Source: an archaeon (GTDB lineage Archaea; Nanobdellota; Nanobdellia; Woesearchaeales; GW2011-AR9). Taken from it: a DNA stretch of 24,000 nucleotides. The first letter of the stretch is position 1, and each line of letters starts with the position of its first letter. The notes under the pieces are model-generated. The model worked only from the letters and a program-made list of their open reading frames with translations, ran no database searches and was not told the DNA's origin. Below are positions 1 through 8,647 of this stretch, in pieces. Where the stretch lies: contig JABHSG010000004.1 in NCBI GenBank assembly GCA_018697095.1, forward strand, positions 366,452-390,451, written 5' to 3'. A program made the translations under genes and the position numbers.

Positions 1-990
1 GTCAGTCAAGTATTGAACTGGTTCGTAGTTATCATTTTGATCAAAAAAAGCCCTACTGGCACAAGAGAGTATAGTCATGTTTCGATAAGTATTTGCAAAC
101 CCATTAGTTTGTATACCAACATCTGTATCAACAATCAATTCATTTTCAAACAATGAATTTGTAGTTGTAGAAGAGACTCTATATCCAGAGGTTGGAAAAT
201 CGTAATAATGATTATTACGTACAGTTAGATTCCGATTTATTCCAAGTATATCCATTGCTCTTGTAAGGCCTGCACTAAAATTATTAAATTCAAATAAAGA
301 ATCATTAATAGCAATGGCTATAAGTCCAGCACCGGTAATATTTATATCAGAAAATCTGGCACCTGCAGAATAATAATAAAGGATTCTTGAATCATTAATA
401 TTGATATAGCTAATATTCATTGGACCCTGTATATACCGAATATCAAAAGCAGTAGAAAAATTACTGATATTTGCAAAATTTTTAATTGTGACATTTGAAA
501 CATCCCAGGCATTAATTGCTATTCCTGAGCCTGGACCTGTGATTGTATAACCAGCCCCGTCTAAAACAAGATTACTTGCACTGATATTAAAACAATCTCC
601 ACTAGCTGTGATATTATCAGTCAGTATTGAGTTTGAACTGATATCGCCACAACTACTTACTGCAGCTGTAACTTCTTCTTCATCAATTGCTGAAACACCA
701 ACTTCTTCTTCAACCAAACCTTCGTCCAAAGGTTCTATCTCTTCTTCACTTGAGTCAGATTCCTCAGGAACTTCTTCTTCTATTACTGTAGCACTAATCT
801 CATCCAAACCTTCACTGATAGAATCTTCTCCAATAACGCCAGTATCCAGCCCACTTGAAATTGAACCAACTCCTATTGCTGCACCAGTAAATCCAGAAGA
901 ATCAAGAAGCAAAAAACCAAAACCAATTATGAAAAGAACTAATGATATAGTCAAAACTATTCCTGCTTTAGAAACACTCCCCATCCTCAT
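1..990 (-). CDS. Secreted or membrane-anchored surface protein, probable right-handed beta-helix (NosD-like); partial, stop lies beyond window position 1
   Basis: Open minus frame from ATG at 990 (MRMGSVSKAGIVLTISLVLFIIGFGFLLLDSSGFTGAAIG...) to the window edge. N-terminal hydrophobic segment, then an acidic linker, then Asn/Ile-rich repeats including VSSCGDISSNSILTDNITASGDCFNISASNLVLDGAGYTITG, typical of beta-helix surface proteins. Not in the ORF track because it has no stop in the window. Confidence 0.7.
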   Translation of the reverse strand, partial: MRMGSVSKAGIVLTISLVLFIIGFGFLLLDSSGFTGAAIGVGSISSGLDTGVIGEDSISEGLDEISATVIEEEVPEESDSSEEEIEPLDEGLVEEEVGVSAIDEEEVTAAVSSCGDISSNSILTDNITASGDCFNISASNLVLDGAGYTITGPGSGIAINAWDVSNVTIKNFANISNFSTAFDIRYIQGPMNISYININDSRILYYYSAGARFSDINITGAGLIAIAINDSLFEFNNFSAGLTRAMDILGINRNLTVRNNHYYDFPTSGYRVSSTTTNSLFENELIVDTDVGIQTNGFANTYRNMTILSCASRAFFDQNDNYEPVQYLTD

Positions 991-1133
991 AAAATAAAGC
1001 AACTGATGGTATATAAACATTTAGCCTATTTCCACTCGACAAAAAGCAAAATAATAACTAAAAAAGAGAGATTAAAAAACAAGCAACCAAAAACAACAAT
1101 TAAAAAGTATAATCAAAAAAAACATGCTCAAAT

Positions 1134-1787
1134 CTACACAAAAATGTCCCATTTAGAAGCTACTTCTTCAAGTGGGATCCCTAAAGCAATATCACTAACA
1201 TATTTTTTATATTCCTTAAGCTCTTCAACATGTCTTGAACAAAGTTTTTCCATTACGCCGCGACTCGTATTCATAGCAGAGAATACCTTCCCATTGCTTC
1301 GATAAAAATTCTCTTGCAAGATAGTACAATCTTCATCCTTCCTACGATTAGCTTTTGGTATTTCAACTTTCACAGTACCATCTTTTCTAAATCCAAAAGA
1401 AAATGGAAATATCCTACATATTGCAGGTCGATCATTAAATATTTGACAACCATCTCCGTCAACTAAAAAATGACAATGACCTTCTTTTCGAATCAGTTGC
1501 AACACTTTCCCATCTTCATATGCTTCAAACATGAAAGGATCACTCTCTTGGACACCTTTAGCAAATGAATCTCCAACTACTCCAAAAACTGCAATAGAAT
1601 CTAGCGGCAAACCAGTTGCTTTTGAAATACGCATAACATCATGTAAAGTCACAAAAATGCCACTGCCACTTCCAGTACAACAGCCACCACCTTCACTAAC
1701 ACAACGCTCACATGCAGAAAGGTTGGAGTAAGAATCATCATCTGTTAAAACATTCAATTTCACCATGAGATCCAAAGCGCGCAACAC
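1134..1787 (-). CDS. YkgJ/UPF0153-type cysteine-cluster protein (zinc/iron-chelating domain)
   Basis: 217 aa with ACERCVSEGGGCC ... GHCHFLVDGDGCQIFNDRPAICRIFPFSFGF, matching the Cys-cluster plus RPxxCRxxPF pattern of the family. Confidence 0.8.
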   Translation of the reverse strand: MLRALDLMVKLNVLTDDDSYSNLSACERCVSEGGGCCTGSGSGIFVTLHDVMRISKATGLPLDSIAVFGVVGDSFAKGVQESDPFMFEAYEDGKVLQLIRKEGHCHFLVDGDGCQIFNDRPAICRIFPFSFGFRKDGTVKVEIPKANRRKDEDCTILQENFYRSNGKVFSAMNTSRGVMEKLCSRHVEELKEYKKYVSDIALGIPLEEVASKWDIFV

Positions 1788-1905
1788 TTCCTTTTAAGGC
1801 TACCTATTCTCAAATCTATCTCCTATAACACAAAGAGATAATCAAAGAAACATTTAAAGAAAAATCAAAGAAATATTAAAAATAAAAAATAAAAAATAAT
1901 CAGTT

Positions 1906-2175
1906 TTATTGCCAGATTTCATACTCTTTTATGATGAGTACTAAAAAGAGTATCAGTAGCACAGCTCCAGCAATCATATACCAAACACCATCTCTAAGAA
2001 GACCAGTGTTAAGAGACTGAAACATTCCCCAGCCCATTACTGCAAAACCAAGCCACAAAAATTTATCCAAAACCAATTTCATGATTTCAAACTCTTGACT
2101 TGCAGTCATCCTTTTTTTAGAAGAACGGTTAGCTGGTGCTCGTACCATTCCCTTTTTTGACCGTTTTTTTACCAT
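1906..2175 (-). CDS. Small membrane protein with two predicted TM segments
   Basis: 89 aa with hydrophobic stretches FLWLGFAVMGWGMF and GVWYMIAGAVLLILFLVLII. Same strand and tightly spaced to the pilin-like gene. Confidence 0.6.
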   Translation of the reverse strand: MVKKRSKKGMVRAPANRSSKKRMTASQEFEIMKLVLDKFLWLGFAVMGWGMFQSLNTGLLRDGVWYMIAGAVLLILFLVLIIKEYEIWQ

Positions 2176-2202
2176 CTTAATTCATACCTCTAATTTTAAT
2201 CC

Positions 2203-2868
2203 CTAACTAGTCTTCACAAAAAAGTTTGCAGTAGCATACTCTGTAACGCCAGCCCCACTTGAATCTTCTGCTTCCCAAAGTACAATTTTATACAGATATG
2301 TCCCTTGTTTATCTGGAGCAGTTAACGAAAACTTAATTATGTCTGTATCACCTGCACTAATTTCACGATAATCATTATCCCAAAAAATTTTTACATCAGC
2401 AGCACTAGTTGCCAAAGACATTTTTTCCCCACTAATAAAATCTGCAAAATCGATACCATCTTTCACATGAAAAGTAACTGCAAAAAACTTAGACTGGTCG
2501 TCAGTATTTTTTATTCCAACAGCTTGAACTTCTTCATCTTTAAGTTCCAAAGTTAATTCATCACTAGGAAAACTCAATTTATTATTTGATCTTCGCAGAT
2601 CATCCATGATTTGTTGCTGAATTTGATCTTGCACTGAACTTGAAGTATCAGTTATTTGCTCGAATTGCCCTTTTACAAAACCAAGAGCTAAACCAAGTAC
2701 CACAAAAGCAATTACAACTATTACAATTGCTTCAATAGATAAGTTCAATGAAGCTTTTTTGTTAAACTTCTTTTTAAATTTAGAATACACCATCTCTTTG
2801 ATCACCTCAATCATTAATTTATAACACGCATCTCTTTTACTATCATGTACTTCAATAGCACTAAACAA
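2203..2868 (-). CDS. Archaeal type IV pilin-like / class III signal peptide protein (start may be internal, near 2793)
   Basis: Basic segment KFKKKFNKKASLNLSIEAIVIVVIAFVVLGLALGFVKG (polar/basic, Glu, then a hydrophobic helix) followed by a beta-rich ectodomain. Adjacent to a prepilin peptidase gene. Confidence 0.6.
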   Translation of the reverse strand: MFSAIEVHDSKRDACYKLMIEVIKEMVYSKFKKKFNKKASLNLSIEAIVIVVIAFVVLGLALGFVKGQFEQITDTSSSVQDQIQQQIMDDLRRSNNKLSFPSDELTLELKDEEVQAVGIKNTDDQSKFFAVTFHVKDGIDFADFISGEKMSLATSAADVKIFWDNDYREISAGDTDIIKFSLTAPDKQGTYLYKIVLWEAEDSSGAGVTEYATANFFVKTS

Positions 2869-2959
2869 ATATAACTATCTTAAGGTATAAAAAGCTTTAT
2901 GTTTAGGGTGTTAGAAAAACCAAGTAAATCGCATAAATTATTAAAAAACAAAAATTCTA

Positions 2960-3859
2960 TTAATATAAAAGGTTAAAAATTAACATAAAGAAATTTTGAC
3001 CAAATATTAAAAAAACATAAGCAAGCAAAAAACTTGGAACAAAAGGAACTCCTTCTTTTATCTTCACTGATTCCAACTTTCCACTCCCATAATACTTTAA
3101 CAATATTTTCAGATCTGATCGATCAAGTGTTTTTTTAGCAATAATTTTCTTACTACCAACAAACACAGTTTCACTAAGCCAATCACCTTCAACTAAGTCT
3201 ACTATATCTTTTTGAACGAAAAAACTACTTCTTTCAACAGCTGTGATAAACAAAAACAAAAAATAAGCAAGTAAGATGAATATTACAAATAACAAAATTG
3301 AAACATCAATAAAAATTCCAAGCAGCAAAAAAAGTAAACTGCTAATAATAGTTATATAAAAATAATTTTTACTTTTATAGAAAACCACCTTAAATTCTTC
3401 CAAGAAGCTCTTCCAATGACTAACCGCCATAAACAAACTAAACACAAGTGACCATAAGGCCCCAAAAGAGAATAACAATACAAAAAAGACCACCAATTCA
3501 AATCCACTATACATACTAACTTCTTTTAAAGATGTGAATATAAAATCAAACCCAATTAACATACCCATGCCCATCAAAAGTTTACTATCAGCGCCACCCC
3601 ATTGCCCTGCATAATACAAAAACAAAGATAACAAAAAGAAAATCAAAAAACCAACTATCCCTGAAACAAAAAATTGCCAACCAGATTCAAAAATGCCAAT
3701 TACTCTATATCCAAAAGCAAAAAATAATAATCCTAAACTCAAAAGATCATATACTTCGCGAGATTTAATATCTTGCACTGATGCTACTAATAAAACAAAA
3801 AGAACAACCAAACTGGTAAAAAATTCTACGCCAATAAATTCTATCCCTACCATACACAT
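2960..3859 (-). CDS. A24-family prepilin peptidase (PibD/FlaK-like), polytopic membrane protein
   Basis: Catalytic Asp contexts VQDIKSREVYD and GQWGGADSKLLMG (GxxD-type motif) between multiple TM helices. Confidence 0.75.
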   Translation of the reverse strand: MCMVGIEFIGVEFFTSLVVLFVLLVASVQDIKSREVYDLLSLGLLFFAFGYRVIGIFESGWQFFVSGIVGFLIFFLLSLFLYYAGQWGGADSKLLMGMGMLIGFDFIFTSLKEVSMYSGFELVVFFVLLFSFGALWSLVFSLFMAVSHWKSFLEEFKVVFYKSKNYFYITIISSLLFLLLGIFIDVSILLFVIFILLAYFLFLFITAVERSSFFVQKDIVDLVEGDWLSETVFVGSKKIIAKKTLDRSDLKILLKYYGSGKLESVKIKEGVPFVPSFLLAYVFLIFGQNFFMLIFNLLY

Positions 3860-4038
3860 ACCTTACTATAACTCAACTATAACACAACTATAACACAATT
3901 TATAACACATATAAAACATCTTTTTTTTACAGATATATAAAATAAGCCTAAGTACACCCAGATAATACCTCCCTCAAGCAAAAGTTTATAAATTAAATCT
4001 ACGCCATTACTGATTGTATTTGACTTTTCAGAGGTGTT

Positions 4039-4590
4039 ATGGTGGCAAAGGTAAATCCTAAATCAAAAAAACAAATGTATGAAATTCTTCCACAAGATAT
4101 TTTAGAAGCCCTACGCTTTGATGTAGAAGCTCTTAAAAAAAAATTAGAAGAACCAACAAACAAAACAAATGAACTGATTTTAGAAATCGAAAGTCTAAAA
4201 GATTCTATTCATGATCTAAATGATATTTTCAAAAAAGCACTTCATCAAACTGAAGACGAAGACATTTACAAAACAATTCATTCGTTAAATGAACGCCTTG
4301 AGACAGTTCAAACACAAAACGAAACTATCGCAAAAGGAATGATTGCAATTTCTGACAAAGTAGAAAGTTTTGTACAGAGTCAAAATTCAAACAAAACCCC
4401 AAACTCACTTCCAATTTCCAAAGAGTCAATGCAAAATCAGATGAGAAGACCAACGCAAAATAATCTTCCACCACAGATGCAAAGAGTTCATCAAAGTATA
4501 GTCCCACCACCACCAGGAATGGGAAGGCCAAGCATGGGAGGAGTCCCACCACCAAGCCCAGCTGGAAGAAAAAAACGTAGCTTTTTTTGA
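4039..4590 (+). CDS. Coiled-coil protein with proline-rich tail ending in basic residues
   Basis: 183 aa. Heptad-rich ALKKKLEEPTNKTNELILEIESLKDSIHDLNDIFKKAL, C-terminus SIVPPPPGMGRPSMGGVPPPSPAGRKKRSFF. Confidence 0.65.
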   Translation: MVAKVNPKSKKQMYEILPQDILEALRFDVEALKKKLEEPTNKTNELILEIESLKDSIHDLNDIFKKALHQTEDEDIYKTIHSLNERLETVQTQNETIAKGMIAISDKVESFVQSQNSNKTPNSLPISKESMQNQMRRPTQNNLPPQMQRVHQSIVPPPPGMGRPSMGGVPPPSPAGRKKRSFF

Positions 4591-4624
4591 AAATAAAAAA
4601 TAATTAATATTAAAAAATAAAAAG

Positions 4625-5749
4625 ATGACATCACTTAGAACAAGACAATTGCTGAGTACTGCAGCAAGGATAAAAAAAGACGAGGCGCAATCTCTGTCTC
4701 GTGATGAGATCAGTAAAAAAATAGATGAGATAAAATATCTTTCTTCTAAAAAAAATGTTCCAAAGTTAAGTTTACGTAAAGAGATCTTGCATTTAGAAAA
4801 ACAGCTAGGATCTTTATTCAATATTGAAAAAAAATTACTACGTAAAGAAGAGCATGAATCAATAAGAGTATCCAACCTAAAGCGCCAAGTAACTCTTCTA
4901 AAAACTAAAATTGAAAAATCCAGCAATCCAGACATTGAAGAGAAAATAGAAAAGTTAACCATGATTTTAGGAGAACTTTTAGCCAAATCAGATACTGCTG
5001 ACAATATTAGACTTAAAGCAAAACTCGATGAAACCCTGCACTTAGAAAAAGGCAAATGGGAAAGACAAAAGCAAATGCAAGACAACTCTAAACTAAACAG
5101 TTATGGTTCCAATGAACTATCTCCTGCAAAAAAAGCAAGAGCATTAAATTTGATTAAAAAAACTACTCAATTAAGAGAACTTCTTGAAAATAAAGCAAAC
5201 ATTGCTAAAAATAATGGTAATGATAAACTTCTTGAAAAGTTAAAACAAGATATTTTCCTATTAGAAAAAAAATTAGACCAATTAAAACAAGATTTCCCTC
5301 AACTAAAAAAAGAAATAGCTTTAGAATTGGAAAAAGAAAAAGCTTTTGCAAAAAGTATTGGAGCACAAATAATTCCAAGCCAAATTTCTCCAATCAGATC
5401 TCACTTAGAAAGTTCAACCGCTACCCCAGCAGACACTAGCGCCCCACAAGTAAAACATAATATGATGATGGTCCATCCAAATATCAATGGCAACCAAGAG
5501 GACATCACTTCAGAGTCTGCACTTCCAAGAGATAATCAAGGAGTACTACAAAATCAAGGTCAAAATCTCGAAGAATCTATGCAAGAAGCAAATAGTGAAC
5601 AAATAAGCCAATTTGCAAACCAAATGAATGGCCCACAAACCGCGCAAATGGGAACAATTGATCAAGCAGACATCAATGAACAAGAGTTAAACGATGAGTT
5701 AATTGCAGAATTACCTCTGCCACCACCACCTAGGATCAAAAGAAGATAA
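4625..5749 (+). CDS. Long coiled-coil protein with short poly-proline/basic C-terminus
   Basis: 374 aa, Lys/Glu/Leu-rich coiled-coil, Gln/Asn-rich linker, C-terminus ELIAELPLPPPPRIKRR. Starts 35 nt after the previous gene. Confidence 0.65.
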   Translation: MTSLRTRQLLSTAARIKKDEAQSLSRDEISKKIDEIKYLSSKKNVPKLSLRKEILHLEKQLGSLFNIEKKLLRKEEHESIRVSNLKRQVTLLKTKIEKSSNPDIEEKIEKLTMILGELLAKSDTADNIRLKAKLDETLHLEKGKWERQKQMQDNSKLNSYGSNELSPAKKARALNLIKKTTQLRELLENKANIAKNNGNDKLLEKLKQDIFLLEKKLDQLKQDFPQLKKEIALELEKEKAFAKSIGAQIIPSQISPIRSHLESSTATPADTSAPQVKHNMMMVHPNINGNQEDITSESALPRDNQGVLQNQGQNLEESMQEANSEQISQFANQMNGPQTAQMGTIDQADINEQELNDELIAELPLPPPPRIKRR

Positions 5750-5796
5750 GTTACTATTCTCTACTATTAAAAAAATTGAAATTAAATTAAAAAATT

Positions 5797-5973
5797 CTAA
5801 ACATCCCTAGGCATTACGGTTTTACGTCCATTTTCCTTAGCACGATTACAAGCGTCAGTAATTAATGCTCTAACTTTAGAATCTAATTTGTCCATAAAAT
5901 CATTAGACATATTTTCAACACCAGTACCACTTTCTCGAAGCAGATCTTTTATTTGAGTTCTTACAACTATCAT
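5797..5973 (-). CDS. Mini histone-fold / DUF1931-like protein (58 aa)
   Basis: Manual translation MIVVRTQIKDLLRESGTGVENMSNDFMDKLDSKVRALITDACNRAKENGRKTVMPRDV*. The ACNRAKENGRKTVMPRDV end matches the archaeal histone-like NGRKTVxPxD signature. Below the size cut-off of the ORF track. Confidence 0.75.
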   Translation of the reverse strand: MIVVRTQIKDLLRESGTGVENMSNDFMDKLDSKVRALITDACNRAKENGRKTVMPRDV

Positions 5974-6088
5974 AATACTAAAAATACTTTTCTAAATATA
6001 AAACTTCTGCTGCTAATTATTCTAAATACTCATTCTATACTAAAATCTCCAAAAACAATATAAATCATCATTCTACCAAAAATAACTA

Positions 6089-6526
6089 ATGGAACAAAAA
6101 AAAACAGACCAAAACAGTAATCTAGATCATAACTGCATATTCTGTAAAATCGTAAAACAAGAGATTCCTTGTTACAAGATCCATGAAAATGAAAAATTTC
6201 TAACTTTTTTAGATATTACTCCAAGAAATAAAGGGCACTGTTTAGTTATTCCAAAAAAACACTACCGTTGGGTTTGGGACATCAAAGAAGAATATAGTCA
6301 AACTACAAATCTAATTGCAAACGCACTAAAAAAAGCATTTGATACTAACTGGGTCGTTTCGCAAGTAATGGGAGACCAAGTTCCACACGCTCATATCCAC
6401 TTAATTCCTAGGTTCCAAAGTGACAACCATGGAGCTTGCATCAATCCAGAAATCTCAAAAGAATTCACAAAAGAGCAAATGCAAGAATTCACAGAGTTAA
6501 TTTCAAATTCAATTAAATTGCTTTGA
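6089..6526 (+). CDS. HIT-family nucleotide hydrolase/transferase
   Basis: NCIFCKIVKQEIPCYKIHE...FLDITPRNKGHCLVIPKKHY and the HIT motif VPHAHIHLIPRF. Confidence 0.92.
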   Translation: MEQKKTDQNSNLDHNCIFCKIVKQEIPCYKIHENEKFLTFLDITPRNKGHCLVIPKKHYRWVWDIKEEYSQTTNLIANALKKAFDTNWVVSQVMGDQVPHAHIHLIPRFQSDNHGACINPEISKEFTKEQMQEFTELISNSIKLL

Positions 6527-6584
6527 TAAAACTACTCAGCCAATAAAGCAATCATTTTTAAAAAACCGCTAAAATAAATGGCAA

Positions 6585-7729
6585 ATGCCAGATTTCCATA
6601 TTCATAGAACAAATACCTCAAGTTATTCTGCTAGCGCAACTTATGTCCATGATGGAGTTAGTCTAGACGTAGCACTTGTCCAAGAACAAGGAACAGAGAT
6701 AGGCAAGAAGATTACGGTCTATTCTCAAGTCCAATTACAATTGATGGAAGAGTTGGTATTCTAACTGCAGTTTTAGATGGACATGGAAAAGCAGTTACTT
6801 CTACAGGCATTGGCACAGGAAGACTAGCAGCGCAGATTGGAGCACTCGCAATTGAACTTTATGCCCAAAGTAAAACATTCAAGCCCCAAACAAATGATGA
6901 ATGGATAGCAGATCTAGATCTAAGTATTTCAGAAAGAAGAGTAACTCCTTTAGCTGAAAGAAAATTCATTCACAAAATAATGTATGCTCAACAATTTTGG
7001 ACAGACACACTTTCTACAGAACGTAGACGTGCTAAAAGAATTACTACTGCACTTAGTTTATACCAAGAGATGATAGCTTATGGTGAAATTAAAAACCTAT
7101 CAGATGTAATGATTAAAGGCGCTTACCCTCTTGTCTGCGCACTTGCTCAAGATTTAGACCTCACTGGTCCAAGCGATATGGGTGCAACAGCTTATTTCGG
7201 ATTCTTCGATTTCGACGGAACTGTCCATGGAACTTGGCAAGGAGACACAGTAGACACAATAATTCATGGAGAAAAAGTAACTAGATCTATTGAAGATACT
7301 ATGGGAGCATATAATCTTCAAGAAGCAGGAAAAAAAGTAAATTTTGCAACATTGAAAAGAGTACCAAAACAATATAGGAATATGGTGACTGCAAGTCTAC
7401 GTTTTGGTAGTCCTCCAGACGAAGATCATGATATATGGGATAACAACAAGTGGCTTGATACCACAAGACAAGTAAAAAGTTCCCAATATAATACTGCTTT
7501 TGTCCATTGTGATGGTTTAGATAGACTAAGCCCTGAACTCATGAGAGAAATATATTCAAAAAGCCGCAAAACAGATAAAACTCCTAATAAAAGACACTCC
7601 AGATCAGATTTTATTTCTCAGCTTCAATACTTTGTTGATGAAGCACAAGAAAGAAATATAAAAAATAGCAAAAAAAGTGACAATCTAACTATTTTAGGAG
7701 TAAGAAGACGCGAACATAATGCTGCGTAG
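6585..7729 (+). pseudogene. PP2C-like (PPM) protein phosphatase gene interrupted by an apparent frameshift near 6691-6710
   Basis: Frame 3 from 6585 gives MPDFHIHRTNTSSYSASATYVHDGVSLDVALVQEQGT. Frame 2 then continues DRQEDYGLFSSPITIDGRVGILTAVLDGHGKAV (PP2C DGHG motif) through 7729, with CDGLDRLS and a C-terminal SDNLTILGV. Frame 2 has stops upstream of 6662 and no ATG before 6980. Confidence 0.6.
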
Positions 7730-7779
7730 AAAGCTTAATAAAAGAATTCTTAGATAACACCCTTCATTAGCACCAAATT

Positions 7780-7904
7780 GGCGAAGTGGCTTAGTCTGGT
7801 TATGGCACTGTGCTCATATAAATTGAGCGATGAGAAAGTTTTAACTTTCAATGATTATTTTTAGAGTCACACAGAGGTCGGGGGTTCGAATCCCCCCTTC
7901 GCCA
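7780..7904 (+). tRNA. tRNA with anticodon CAT (Met, or Ile2), interrupted by an intron; genomic CCA follows at 7905-7907
   Basis: Acceptor GGCGAAG (7780-7786) pairs with CTTCGCC (7897-7903). T-arm GGGGG-TTCGAAT-CCCCC. Anticodon stem CTGTG (7808-7812) pairs with CACAG (7870-7874) once 7819-7868 is removed, giving loop CT-CAT-AA. Confidence 0.88.
7819..7868 (+). other. Putative 50-nt archaeal tRNA intron at canonical position 37/38
   Basis: Its removal restores a 7-nt anticodon loop. CTC (7813-7815) can pair with GAG (7864-7866), leaving a 3-nt TCA bulge, consistent with a (relaxed) bulge-helix-bulge. Internal hairpin GAAAGT-TTTA-ACTTTC (about 7834-7849). Confidence 0.75.
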
Positions 7905-7971
7905 CCATTCTTTTCTCTCCCACTGGTCAACTCCAGGCAGCATTTATTAAGAACAAAATTTAATCAACCAT

Positions 7972-8589
7972 ATGAAAATAAGCTCAAATTTCGCATTATT
8001 TTATGGAATATTATTAGGTGATGGTTGTCTTTTCAGATATGAAAATGCAAGATATATCTGCGTTACCTGTGACTTACATTCAGATAAACCAATGTTCTCA
8101 AAGTTGCTCCCAATTATCGAAAAAATTAGAGGGAAACCAGTAAAAGTTAGAGAAAGAACAAAAGAAGGAAAAATAGAAATTCAATTTTCAGACAAAGAAC
8201 TTTTTCAAAAAATTGCTAATCATGGTTTTCCAATTGGGAAAAAAGGAACTGATTTAATTATCTCAGATCAAATGCTTCCATTTTACAAAAAAATAATCCA
8301 AGGATACTTTGCAACAGATGGTTGCCTTGTAATCACAAATAACAATGGCATTTTATACCCTAGAATTGAATTTTCAAGCATATCAAAAAAATTACTTAAT
8401 CAAGTAAATTGCTTCCTCATAAAAGAAGGGATTAATAGTAAAGTCTACCTTTCAAAAACATATCAAAATTCTTGGAATGACCTGTATCGTATCCAAATTA
8501 ATGGTAAAAAACAATTAAAACTATTCAAAAAAGTAATTGGCTTCTTCAATCCAAAACATGAGTCCAGATCAAAATTATTTCTCAAATAA
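7972..8589 (+). CDS. LAGLIDADG-type homing endonuclease-like protein (two-motif)
   Basis: 205 aa with FALFYGILLGDGCLF and FYKKIIQGYFATDGCLV, two LAGLIDADG-like helices about 110 aa apart. Located 65 bp downstream of the intron-bearing tRNA. Confidence 0.8.
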   Translation: MKISSNFALFYGILLGDGCLFRYENARYICVTCDLHSDKPMFSKLLPIIEKIRGKPVKVRERTKEGKIEIQFSDKELFQKIANHGFPIGKKGTDLIISDQMLPFYKKIIQGYFATDGCLVITNNNGILYPRIEFSSISKKLLNQVNCFLIKEGINSKVYLSKTYQNSWNDLYRIQINGKKQLKLFKKVIGFFNPKHESRSKLFLK

Positions 8590-8647
8590 TTTCAGATCAC
8601 ACATCTCTAAACCCAACATTTAAAATCCAAAAATTCTTTCCAATTGC

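Noticed and set aside
608-1731. Plus-strand ORFs 608-997, 1006-1305, 1531-1731
   Set aside because: They lie antisense to, or in the gap beside, well-supported minus-strand genes. They are low complexity (SSSSS) or have no recognisable features.
1134-1787. YkgJ-type protein as a counter-example proving general Cys loss in the window
   Set aside because: It keeps its cysteine cluster, so the loss is confined to structural zinc ribbons of the information-processing proteins rather than being genome-wide Cys depletion.
4325-5393. Minus-strand ORFs 4325-4555, 4426-5085, 5205-5393
   Set aside because: Antisense to the coiled-coil genes. Ser/Phe/Leu-rich composition is what complementing Lys/Glu-rich coding sequence gives.
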